This document shows, piece after piece, positions 21,102 to 30,004 of a stretch of 64,000 nt of DNA (positions are counted from its first letter, which is position 1; the number at the start of each line of letters is the position of its first letter). Under the pieces are notes generated by a model, which worked only from the letters and a program-made list of their open reading frames with translations, did not search any database and was not told the origin of the DNA. The position numbers were made by a program, and so were the translations under genes. Origin of the DNA: Candidatus Gottesmanbacteria bacterium (GTDB taxonomy: Bacteria > Patescibacteriota > Microgenomatia > UBA10105 > UBA927); contig OY969569.1 of NCBI GenBank assembly GCA_963701185.1, positions 383,054 through 447,053 of the forward strand, in the 5' to 3' direction.

Positions 21102-21173
21102 ATGACAGCCCAAAGAATGTCAGTGAGTATGTTTTTTTGCCCCAAGCCGAACGGGGTATCTTTGGGTGCATAA
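21102..21173 (+). CDS. pheST attenuator leader peptide (PheM analogue)
   Basis: MTAQRMSVSMFFCPKPNGVSLGA*; tandem Phe codons upstream of an antiterminator/terminator pair. Confidence 0.72.
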   Translation: MTAQRMSVSMFFCPKPNGVSLGA

Positions 21174-21195
21174 ATAACTAAAAATTTAACCCACG

Positions 21196-21218
21196 ATCCC
21201 CCGCAAGGGGGATTTTTT
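21196..21218 (+). terminator. attenuator terminator upstream of pheS
   Basis: ATCCCCC-GCAA-GGGGGAT followed by a T-tract. Confidence 0.85.
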
Positions 21219-21270
21219 GTGGAAGTATCTTGCGTGAATACAAGCTAAACCGTACAATGAAAGTGAGTCT

Positions 21271-22314
21271 ATGAGTGATCTTATACCGACACCGAATTTC
21301 ATTGGTATGCTTTTGGAGTGCCAGCAGGATGCGCTTGACGCGATTGCCGACGGTGAAAAATCCGCGGAACGGCTGCGCATAGAGCTCCTTGGCAATAAAA
21401 GTGATCTGTCAAAGTTAACCAAAAACATACGGCTTGTCCCTGCCGCAGACCGGGCCCAGGCCGGAACGGTCGTCAACCAGGTAAAACAGACCATTCTGCA
21501 GGCTCTCGCCGCACGCGGCACGACACAAACCCCCAAAACCACCCTGCCATTTGACCCGACCATGCCGGGGATTGAGCCGCCGGAGGGCCATTTGCACATC
21601 GTAACGCAGGCTATTGAAGAAATTACGCGCATATTTGAACGTATCAGTTTCATCCGCGTCCGGCACCCCGAAGTTGACTGGGACTGGTATCCGTTTGAAT
21701 CATTAAACATGCCCCACTCTCACCCGGCAAGCGACGAATGGGAAACATTTTATATTGAAGGGCACGGAATAGGACCAAAAAAACAGAAAATAGTCCTCAC
21801 GCCGCATACCAGCAACGGCCAGGTACGGGAAATGGAAAAGGGGAAACTTCCGATCCGCATGATCAATATCGCCAAGTGCTACCGCCGGCAGATTGACGTG
21901 TCCCATACGCCGATGTTCCACCAATTTGAGGGATTGTATATCGACCGCAACGTGTCCATTTCACATCTCAAAGGGGTACTGGATTATTTTGCAAAACAAT
22001 TTTTCGGCCCTGAAAGAAAAACGCGCATCCGGCCGTTTCATTTTCAGTTTACAGAACCTTCATTTGAAGTGGATGTTTCCTGCGGTGTGTGTCTCGGAAA
22101 AGGATGCAAACTGTGCAAGGAAGGCTGGCTTGAACTCGGCGGCGCGGGCATGGTGCATCCGAATGTCCTGAAAAACGGGAATGTTCCGGCCGGGTACAAC
22201 GGCTTTGCGTTCGGTTGGGGAGTCGAGCGCTGTTTTATGATGAAATCGGGAACGCAATTGGACGACATTCGACTTTTATATAGCAACGATGTGCGCTTTT
22301 TGGAACAGTTTTAA
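21271..22314 (+). CDS. pheS: phenylalanyl-tRNA synthetase alpha subunit
   Basis: HTSNGQ, FHQFEG, FQFTEPS, GAGMVHP, GFAFGWGVER. Confidence 0.96.
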   Translation: MSDLIPTPNFIGMLLECQQDALDAIADGEKSAERLRIELLGNKSDLSKLTKNIRLVPAADRAQAGTVVNQVKQTILQALAARGTTQTPKTTLPFDPTMPGIEPPEGHLHIVTQAIEEITRIFERISFIRVRHPEVDWDWYPFESLNMPHSHPASDEWETFYIEGHGIGPKKQKIVLTPHTSNGQVREMEKGKLPIRMINIAKCYRRQIDVSHTPMFHQFEGLYIDRNVSISHLKGVLDYFAKQFFGPERKTRIRPFHFQFTEPSFEVDVSCGVCLGKGCKLCKEGWLELGGAGMVHPNVLKNGNVPAGYNGFAFGWGVERCFMMKSGTQLDDIRLLYSNDVRFLEQF

Positions 22315-22316
22315 AT

Positions 22317-24284
22317 ATGAACATACTCATACCTGATTCATGGCTCAGAGAATTTCTTAAAACAAAGGCAACTTCTCAACAGATAAAGGAGTATTTGTCC
22401 CTGTGTGGCCCGTCGGTCGAACGGCTTAGAAGACTGTCTTTGAACAAAGACAGTCTTCAAGGCGAAACAGTTTACGACATCGAAATCACAACCAACCGGC
22501 CCGACGCGATGTCTGTTTTTGGTGTCGCGCGCGAGGCGGCGGCGATTTTACCCCGGTTCGGGATTCCGGCAAAATTCGTCAATGACCCCTATGCCCTACA
22601 AGGACTCTCCTTGAAGGACGAGGAGAGTCCTTCTCGGAGCCTTAAACTTTTTATCAAAACCGACCCGAAGCTTAATCCCCGCTGGACATCTATTATTCTT
22701 TCGGATGTCCGCGTCGCGCCTTCGCCCCTCTGGCTCAAACAAAAACTGGAAGCAACCGGCATCCGCAGCATCAACAACGTGATTGACATCACGAATTATC
22801 TGATGCGCGCCTACGGCCAGCCGGCGCACGCGTTTGATTATGACGAAATTAAGGACTCAACAATGATCCTTCGTGAAAGTAAGAAGGGTGAAAAAATCGT
22901 CACCCTGGACGGAAAGACACACACCCTCGCAGGCGGCGACATCGTGATCGAAGACGGCGCCGGCAGACTCATTGACTTGTGCGGCATCATGGGCGCGCAA
23001 AACTCCAGCATTAAACCCGGAACGTCATCTGTTGTTCTTTTTACCCAAACGTACAATCCCGTCAATATCCGCAAAACCTCCATGGCACTGGCGGCGCGAA
23101 GCGAAGCGTCATCGCTTTTTGAAAAAGGACTCGATAGTGAACTGACACTACCTGCTTTAATCCGCGGAATAGAACTGATGGAAAAACTTACCGGCGCACA
23201 CGCTGCCAGTAAAATGTATGACATCTATCCCAAACCGTACAAACCATATTCAGTTACTGTCTCAAAAGAAAAAACGGCGGGCTATATGGGGACAGAACTC
23301 ACTGATACTGAAATAAAAAAAATACTGGTTCCGCTCGGATTCACGCCGTCTCTCACTAAAAAAGAGATTACCGTCACGGTCCCGAGCTACCGCACGGATG
23401 TGACACTGGACGTGGATGTGATTGAAGAAATCGCCCGGATATACGGATATCACAACATACAGACCACATTGCCGGAAGGCGAGCCGCCGATCGTCATACC
23501 TGATCCGCTCCTTGGATGGGAACACGAAATAAAAATACACCTGCGCGATTGGGGATTTACCGAACTCACTACCTACTCCATGATTTCCGAAAAACTCATG
23601 GGGATATTCGGCCTTGATACCAATAAAGCATATAAAATCACCAATCCGCTTTCGGAGGAATGGCTCTACATGCGGCCAACACTCCTCCCAAGCGCGCTTC
23701 TTGCCGTTGAACAGAACCTGCATTTCAGAAAGGATCTGCAATTATTTGAATTAAGTATGACGTATCAATGGCGTGAGCACGATTTGCCCAAAGAAAAACC
23801 GACACTGGTCGTTGCGTGGACCGGAAACAAACATCGCGAGGCCAAAGGAGTAGGAGAAGCTATCTGTTCGATCCTGGGTGAACGCAATTCGGGCTTCGTT
23901 GAAGAAGTTAAACCTGATCTTCTGTCAAAAATGAATATCCATACGCCGGTGACGACATTGACTCTCGATATTGCCGATCTTGTTACCCACGCAACACGGA
24001 ATAAAAAATATGTTCCGATTTCTAAATATCCTCCGATCGTCGAAGATTTATCGTTCATCGTTCCGCAGGGATTCCAGGTCGGTCCGCTTATTGACGTTCT
24101 GTCGCGGGTTCACAAACTTATCGAGTCCATCGTTTTCTTAGACGCCTATGAAAACAAACGGACGTTCCGTGTCACGTACAATGACCCGACAAAAAACCTG
24201 ACCGGCATGGATATCGCACCCATCCGTCAAAAACTCATCGAATACGCCGGAGAAAAATTCGGGGCCTCCGTGGTCACCGCTTAA
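22317..24284 (+). CDS. pheT: phenylalanyl-tRNA synthetase beta subunit (short, no OB tRNA-binding domain)
   Basis: EITTNRPD, INNVIDITNY, GQPAHAFD, EEIARIYGY; carries two in-frame palindromes. Confidence 0.95.
   Translation: MNILIPDSWLREFLKTKATSQQIKEYLSLCGPSVERLRRLSLNKDSLQGETVYDIEITTNRPDAMSVFGVAREAAAILPRFGIPAKFVNDPYALQGLSLKDEESPSRSLKLFIKTDPKLNPRWTSIILSDVRVAPSPLWLKQKLEATGIRSINNVIDITNYLMRAYGQPAHAFDYDEIKDSTMILRESKKGEKIVTLDGKTHTLAGGDIVIEDGAGRLIDLCGIMGAQNSSIKPGTSSVVLFTQTYNPVNIRKTSMALAARSEASSLFEKGLDSELTLPALIRGIELMEKLTGAHAASKMYDIYPKPYKPYSVTVSKEKTAGYMGTELTDTEIKKILVPLGFTPSLTKKEITVTVPSYRTDVTLDVDVIEEIARIYGYHNIQTTLPEGEPPIVIPDPLLGWEHEIKIHLRDWGFTELTTYSMISEKLMGIFGLDTNKAYKITNPLSEEWLYMRPTLLPSALLAVEQNLHFRKDLQLFELSMTYQWREHDLPKEKPTLVVAWTGNKHREAKGVGEAICSILGERNSGFVEEVKPDLLSKMNIHTPVTTLTLDIADLVTHATRNKKYVPISKYPPIVEDLSFIVPQGFQVGPLIDVLSRVHKLIESIVFLDAYENKRTFRVTYNDPTKNLTGMDIAPIRQKLIEYAGEKFGASVVTA
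22429..22458. repeat. REP doublet in-frame in pheT (copy 1)
   Basis: GAAGACTGTCTTTG-AA-CAAAGACAGTCTTC, 29/30 identical to 82-111; encodes RRLSLNKDSL. Confidence 0.9.
22596..22632. repeat. REP doublet in-frame in pheT (copy 2)
   Basis: CTAC-AAGGACTCTCCT-N9-AGGAGAGTCCTT; encodes LQGLSLKDEESP. Confidence 0.8.
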
Positions 24285-26851
24285 GGGGTCGGCGTAGGAG
24301 CTACGTAATCCGCATTAATCCCTACATGTACATCGTTACTCGCGTGGTTTCCTTTGTTATCGACCACTTCCAGATGGATAATATGAGAGCCATTAGTCGG
24401 AATCGTAATTGTTTCATTGATATTTTTATCGTGCACGGTTTTGATAATGGATCCGTCAAGGCCAATTTCCACGCGGTCCAGATCATTGAGCGTTGATACC
24501 GTAACCTCGAGAGTAACGGAATTACTGTCCACCCGCGTCATGTCTTTGGGATTTTTGACATTCATACCGATGGAATCCGTTCCCTGATAAGTTTCCGTCG
24601 GCGGATGAAACTTCGAATCTCCCTGGCCGGCGACCCAGGCGTTAATGGCATCCTGCCAGCGGTTTTTGCCGTCTGTTGAAACCGGATCCTGTTCGGCAAA
24701 AACGACATACTGTTTCAGGTCATATTGGCCGTTGCCCACCTCAACCACATTTGCCAGTTTATTGTTATCATGCCGCGACACTTTGATATTTGCATAAATA
24801 TATGCCGGCCCGGTCGGTTCGGTGCCTTTAATAAATTTTTCGCGGCGGGTCGAATTCCCTGATACCGGCGTGCCGCCGCCATAGCTATCAATATCCATGT
24901 CGATAATCGTGGAAGGCCGGGTAAATGGTTCGTCCTTTTTGCCGGTGAGCGCCGCCTTTATAATTCTGTTCCAGATGGGAGCGGCACCGGTGACACCGGA
25001 GGCCAGCGCCTGATTCATCGGGGAATTGTCGTTATTGCCGACCCATGCTCCCACCACCATCGACGGCGTATAGCCGACCGTCCAATTATCCCGTTTATCA
25101 TCCGTCGTGCCGGTTTTTACTGCCACACTAAATCCGGGAATCGTCAGGTATGAACTGGGGCCGAACGTATCTTTGCGCGCACCGTTATCGGACAATATAT
25201 CGGAAATCAAATAGGAAACGTCTGCCGCAAGCACCCGCTGCGGAGCCGGCGGATTGTATTGGTAAATCACTTTGCCGTTCCTATCTTCAACCTTCAGAAT
25301 GGAAACGGGTGCGGCCTTCATACCTGACGTCGCAAACACGCCGTAGGCGCTGGTGAGATCCAAAAGCGTCACCTCGCCGCCCCCCAGGGTCATGGATAAC
25401 CCTAACCGCTTGAGATTGTCATTGGTCGGGGCCAACGACGAGATGCCCATATCATTGGCAGTGGCCAGCACGTCTTTGACCCCTGTCAGCGCGCTCACTT
25501 TGACGGCGATCGTGTTTATGGAATTGCCCAGGGCAAACCGGAGCTGCATGGGGCCGCGGAATTTGCCGTCATAATTTTTGGGGTTATACTCGGGTTTGGC
25601 AGGGTCACCGGAGGGGTATTTGGTATCCACATCCATAAGGAGAGTTGCCGCCGTATATCCTTTTTTAAACGCCGTTGCGTACGTAAAGGGCTTGATGGAC
25701 GAGCCCGGTTGACGCAAGCCCTGGGTGACGACGTTGAATTTATAGCCGCTGGAGTCCGTCGCCGAGTAGTCTTTGCTCCCGACCATTGATAAAACTTCCC
25801 CGGTCTTCGGGTCAATGACGACCGCCGCACCGTTTGAGACTTTCAAATATTTTGCTTTATCCACTTCCTCTTTGACAATCGCTTGTGCTTTTTGCTGAAG
25901 GCGCCAGTCCAGGGTTGTTGTCACTTTCAGTCCGCCCCCGTCAACGGTTCCCGCCCCGAATTTTGCGACCAACTGTTCTTTAACGTACGCGACGAAATGA
26001 GGCGCACGCAGCCCCTCGGTATCCGTGGCAAAATGAATACTATCCAAAAGCTTTCGTGCATCCGCTTCCTGCGTTGGGGTAATATATCCGTCCTCCCGCA
26101 TGCGCGTGAGGACGTGCTGAGTCCGGGCTACGTAGGCTTTCGGCGCCCCAAAAAAGGGCGAGTAATCATTAGGGTCCTGCGGGAGTCCTGCCAAAACGGC
26201 GCATTGAACTAAATTCAAATCTTTCACCGACGTTCCGAAATACAATTGCGAAGCGGATTCCATGCCGGCAGTCGTACCGCCGTAGGGTGCTTCATTAAGA
26301 TACATCTGGAGAATCTGTTCTTTGGAATATTTCTGTTCTATCTGGATGGCAAGAATTGCCTCTTTGATTTTGCGCGGCACGGTCCGTTCATTCGTCAAAA
26401 GCACGGTTTTCACCAGCTGCTGGGTTAGCGTGGATCCCCCCTGCAGACTCCGGGAAAAAAGGTTGGACAGAAGCGCACGGATAATACCCGACGTGGAGAG
26501 TCCCGGGTGCTTGTAAAACTCCTTATCTTCGATCGCGATTGTAGCCTCCCGGCAGTATTTGGGAATATCGTCAAAGGAAACCGGAATACGGTTGGCGTCC
26601 TGATAAATGTCATACAGGCTTTCGCCGCTGCGGTCCAGAATCACCGTGGATAAGCCGGTCGTCCGCTGCACCTTATCCGGACGGGGCAAATCCTTGGCAT
26701 ACCAGGCAAATAATACGACGGTAAACAGCACCGCGGCAACAACAACGAAAAATCCGACGACCGCCAGGGTCGTGGTGAACTGGAGATTATTTCGGGTCAT
26801 TCCGAAGCGGCGTCTAAATTGCCTTCGTTGAAAAAGGTCATACATGGACAT
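24281..26851 (-). CDS. class A penicillin-binding protein (PBP1A family) with C-terminal Ig-like domain
   Basis: EDKEFY.H, GGSTLTQQLVK, RKIKE, SSIK, SIN, KTGT. Confidence 0.93.
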   Translation of the reverse strand: MSMYDLFQRRQFRRRFGMTRNNLQFTTTLAVVGFFVVVAAVLFTVVLFAWYAKDLPRPDKVQRTTGLSTVILDRSGESLYDIYQDANRIPVSFDDIPKYCREATIAIEDKEFYKHPGLSTSGIIRALLSNLFSRSLQGGSTLTQQLVKTVLLTNERTVPRKIKEAILAIQIEQKYSKEQILQMYLNEAPYGGTTAGMESASQLYFGTSVKDLNLVQCAVLAGLPQDPNDYSPFFGAPKAYVARTQHVLTRMREDGYITPTQEADARKLLDSIHFATDTEGLRAPHFVAYVKEQLVAKFGAGTVDGGGLKVTTTLDWRLQQKAQAIVKEEVDKAKYLKVSNGAAVVIDPKTGEVLSMVGSKDYSATDSSGYKFNVVTQGLRQPGSSIKPFTYATAFKKGYTAATLLMDVDTKYPSGDPAKPEYNPKNYDGKFRGPMQLRFALGNSINTIAVKVSALTGVKDVLATANDMGISSLAPTNDNLKRLGLSMTLGGGEVTLLDLTSAYGVFATSGMKAAPVSILKVEDRNGKVIYQYNPPAPQRVLAADVSYLISDILSDNGARKDTFGPSSYLTIPGFSVAVKTGTTDDKRDNWTVGYTPSMVVGAWVGNNDNSPMNQALASGVTGAAPIWNRIIKAALTGKKDEPFTRPSTIIDMDIDSYGGGTPVSGNSTRREKFIKGTEPTGPAYIYANIKVSRHDNNKLANVVEVGNGQYDLKQYVVFAEQDPVSTDGKNRWQDAINAWVAGQGDSKFHPPTETYQGTDSIGMNVKNPKDMTRVDSNSVTLEVTVSTLNDLDRVEIGLDGSIIKTVHDKNINETITIPTNGSHIIHLEVVDNKGNHASNDVHVGINADYVAPTPTP

Positions 26852-26871
26852 ATTGCTATTGTAGCGGATTT

Positions 26872-26900
26872 TTGCAAAAATTGACAACACGTGATATACT
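26872..26900 (+). promoter_or_regulatory. promoter of the aromatic amino-acid operon
   Basis: TTGCAA-N17-TATACT with extended -10 TG. Confidence 0.6.
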
Positions 26901-26911
26901 CCATACTGTTT

Positions 26912-26983
26912 ATGAATAGCCAACGCAACCAAAATTTCTTTTATTATTTTACTCCAGTCCTTGGAGGGGATTGCGTGGCATAA
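26912..26983 (+). CDS. Phe/Tyr attenuator leader peptide
   Basis: MNSQRNQNFFYYFTPVLGGDCVA*; five consecutive aromatic codons at 26936-26950. Confidence 0.85.
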   Translation: MNSQRNQNFFYYFTPVLGGDCVA

Positions 26984-27008
26984 ATAACAAAAATTTATAA
27001 CACCACGG

Positions 27009-27033
27009 AACCCCGCCAAGGCGGGGTTTTTTT
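27009..27033 (+). terminator. attenuator terminator upstream of the aro operon
   Basis: AACCCCGCC-AA-GGCGGGGTT followed by a T-tract. Confidence 0.85.
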
Positions 27034-27052
27034 GTGGTGAAAAAACGTACCT

Positions 27053-28006
27053 ATGACTATTGAACAACGAAATTTCGATCTTGAAATATTTGCCGGACCA
27101 TGTTCTATCAACCGTGAGAATATCCGTGATATTTACGCTATCGCGGACATCCAGGTGAAGTCTCAGCGTGGGGAGCTCCAGCGCGCCATAGCCGGTACGC
27201 GGATCGTGGGCCTTAAATCCCGAACTGCGCTTTCACCGAATCCGGAAGATATGGGCATCGATTACCCGACCATTGAGGAACAGGTTCTCATCGTGGGGCG
27301 GGCAGTATTGGAACAAACACCTCCGAGCATCACCATATCGGCGCAGGTTGTGGCGGATACTGATCTGGCGGTTGCAACAGAAGTGATGATGCCGGAAATA
27401 CAAATACCGCATTATGTCGGAAAAATTCCACCGGGGAAGCTGCTTTTATGGAATCCATCGGTGGATCAATTAGGGTGGCACATCCTCCAGACATCGAGTC
27501 TGGCTGCCAAAAACGGGTGGAGGGTGGGAATCAAAAACGGCAAAACGCTGGGGAGTACACTTACCGATGCGAAAGATGAGACGCGGCAGACGCCGGTAGA
27601 ACTGGAACGTACATGGGCGGGACTTGCGGCATTCGCCAAAGGCATGGACGGAAGACTCGTTTTCATCCACCGCGGGGTAGAAGACCCGCAAAAAGGTGAA
27701 TGGCGAAGCGCTCTGGTTCACGAAGTTGCACGGCGCGTAAAACGCAGTGTTCCTTCCGCGAAGCTCTTTTTTGACCCAAGCCACAGTTGCGGACCGAAGC
27801 TTCGTGATCAAATCGTGCCGGTAACAATTGATGCGATGCGGATGCGGGACGGAAGCGGCTTTCTCTATGACGGAATTTTAATCGAAACCGGTCATTCAAC
27901 GACGGATACAAAACAACATATTACTATTGATGAGTTGCGATGTCTGGTTGAGGAGCTGTCGCGATTTCGGGTGTTGAAAATTCCAACGAAAGGCGGACGG
28001 ATATGA
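27053..28006 (+). CDS. divergent DAHP synthase class I-beta/KDSA-family aldolase
   Basis: FAGPCS, KSRT, KNG, HRG, DPSHS, DGILIE; first gene of the aro operon. Confidence 0.7.
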   Translation: MTIEQRNFDLEIFAGPCSINRENIRDIYAIADIQVKSQRGELQRAIAGTRIVGLKSRTALSPNPEDMGIDYPTIEEQVLIVGRAVLEQTPPSITISAQVVADTDLAVATEVMMPEIQIPHYVGKIPPGKLLLWNPSVDQLGWHILQTSSLAAKNGWRVGIKNGKTLGSTLTDAKDETRQTPVELERTWAGLAAFAKGMDGRLVFIHRGVEDPQKGEWRSALVHEVARRVKRSVPSAKLFFDPSHSCGPKLRDQIVPVTIDAMRMRDGSGFLYDGILIETGHSTTDTKQHITIDELRCLVEELSRFRVLKIPTKGGRI

Positions 28007-28863
28007 ACCCTCCGATAGCCACTCCTGAGTCTATCGCTTCCATCGGGCATATCGGCTCGTACAGTTTTGCCGCCGCCCAATGGGCCGCGCCAAAAGCCGT
28101 GGTGAAATTCTTCCCTGCTTTTGCGGATGTGTGCGCTGCCGTTACACGCGGCGATTGCACGCTGGGAGTGCTTCCGATAGAAAATTCACTTACCGGCAGC
28201 ATCCATGAAAACTATGATCTGTTAAAACAACAGAAACTCCATATTGTAGGAGAAGTATGTTTAAACATAACACATGCATTGCTGGTTACACCTGGTGGTT
28301 GCGCCAACGACGACGAGAGGTTGAGGGGTGTCCGAACGATTTTTTCGCACCCGCAAGCGTTATTACAATGCGGCGTGTTTTTAAAAAAACACCCGCACCT
28401 CCAGACTATCGCCTTAGCCGATACTGCAACTGCGGCGGCACGAATCGCACGTTTGAGAAAATCCTCCGAAGCGGCCATTGCCGGTAAATCGACAGGGGAA
28501 CTCCTCGGACTTCGGGCACTGAAAATGAATGTTGCAGATCACCCATGCAATATAACGCGTTTTGTCGTCATTGCCAAACAGAAAAGAATAGATAAAGAAG
28601 CTGATAAAGCCTCTGTCATTCTGCAGCTTCCGCACGTACCCGGAAGTTTATCGCGGGTACTCCGGTGTTTTGCCGAACGAAAGTTAAACCTAACCAAAAT
28701 AGAATCCCGCCCGATCATCGGTACTCCCTGGGAGTATACATTCTACGTGGATGTCGAAATTGGGCGGAACATCAGAAATTTTATGCAGTCACTAGAGGAC
28801 ATACGCCTGGTAGCGCACAAAATACTCATATTAGGCCTGTATAAGAAAGGAGAAACGATATGA
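28003..28863 (+). CDS. pheA: prephenate dehydratase with ACT domain
   Basis: GVLPIENS, SHPQAL.QC, NITRF, NLTKIESRP. Confidence 0.92.
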   Translation: MNPPIATPESIASIGHIGSYSFAAAQWAAPKAVVKFFPAFADVCAAVTRGDCTLGVLPIENSLTGSIHENYDLLKQQKLHIVGEVCLNITHALLVTPGGCANDDERLRGVRTIFSHPQALLQCGVFLKKHPHLQTIALADTATAAARIARLRKSSEAAIAGKSTGELLGLRALKMNVADHPCNITRFVVIAKQKRIDKEADKASVILQLPHVPGSLSRVLRCFAERKLNLTKIESRPIIGTPWEYTFYVDVEIGRNIRNFMQSLEDIRLVAHKILILGLYKKGETI

Positions 28864-29141
28864 ACAGTATACCAAGTAAGTTATTACGTTTACGCCGGCA
28901 AATAGACGATGCGGATCACCATATATTGCATCTGTTGGCGAAACGCCAAAACCTATCCCGTGCAGTCGTACGGCAAAAAAAACTTCACGGGCTGGCTATT
29001 ACGCACAGAGTCCGTGAACGGCAAATCATGGAAAACAGACAAACAGTCGGCCGATCTTTGGGGCTTGATTCAATGCTGGTCCGGCGATTATTCGCCCTGA
29101 TTATACAAGAGTCAAAACGAATACAAAAAGAACATATATGA
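28860..29141 (+). CDS. chorismate mutase type II (AroQ)
   Basis: LRRQIDDAD..ILHLLAKR...RE...IIQES. Confidence 0.88.
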   Translation: MNSIPSKLLRLRRQIDDADHHILHLLAKRQNLSRAVVRQKKLHGLAITHRVRERQIMENRQTVGRSLGLDSMLVRRLFALIIQESKRIQKEHI

Positions 29142-30004
29142 ACATGCGTATACGCACCATAGGAATTATCGGATTGGGTCTTATCGGGACCTCTCTCGGC
29201 ATGGCTCTCAAAAGAACTGACAGGACGATGAAAATCATCGGTTTGACCAAATCGGAAAAAAGCGGAAGAACGGCAATACAAATGGGCGCGATTGACCGTT
29301 TGGCTCACACTGTTACGGAACTACTCAACGGCACAGATATGCTCATCCTGGCAACGCCTATACGCGTCACGATGACGCTTTTGCCGCATATCGGAAGGCT
29401 CGCCCAAAAACCTATTCTTATAACGGATACCGGCAGTACAAAAGTTGAAATTTGCGCAATCGCAAAAAAACTTCCCGCACACGTGACATTTATCGGTGGA
29501 CATCCGATGGCAGGGAAAGAAACAAGCGGTCCGGAACATGCGGATGCCGGCCTATTCGTTGACCGGCCATGGATCCTCACATCCGACAATACAGAAGACA
29601 ATACCCTCACGGGTATTGAATCTATCGTCAGCGCGGCGGGTGCCGTACCCATCCGGATGACGGCGGCTGATCACGACCGGCTGATTGCGTCGATATCACA
29701 TCTTCCGCTGGTTATTTCTTCCCTTCTTATGGAAACGGCGGCGGGGCACCCATCCTGGCCCGCCCTACGACGTTTAGCGGGAAACGGTTTTCGCGATACG
29801 ACCCGGCTTGCCGCAGGAAACCCGGCTATGCATACGGATATCCTCCGAACAAATAAGAAAAATATTTTATCTGCCATACTGCAGTTTGAACATGCACTGG
29901 AAACGCTCAAAACCGATATCGCTTCAGACCGCTGGCTGGCAATAAATGAAAGACTTCAGGCGGTGCAACAGGCGCGTGTTTCATGGGGAAGGAGTCAGCT
30001 ATGA
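29138..30004 (+). CDS. tyrA: prephenate dehydrogenase
   Basis: IGLGLIG, DTGSTK, GGHPMAG, HD...SHLP, FRDTTRLA. Confidence 0.93.
   Translation: MNMRIRTIGIIGLGLIGTSLGMALKRTDRTMKIIGLTKSEKSGRTAIQMGAIDRLAHTVTELLNGTDMLILATPIRVTMTLLPHIGRLAQKPILITDTGSTKVEICAIAKKLPAHVTFIGGHPMAGKETSGPEHADAGLFVDRPWILTSDNTEDNTLTGIESIVSAAGAVPIRMTAADHDRLIASISHLPLVISSLLMETAAGHPSWPALRRLAGNGFRDTTRLAAGNPAMHTDILRTNKKNILSAILQFEHALETLKTDIASDRWLAINERLQAVQQARVSWGRSQL

Noticed and set aside
26852-27067. N-terminal extension of the PBP ORF given by the ORF track
   Set aside because: It runs antisense through the aro promoter, leader peptide and terminator; the start at 26851 fits a normal cytoplasmic tail plus TM.
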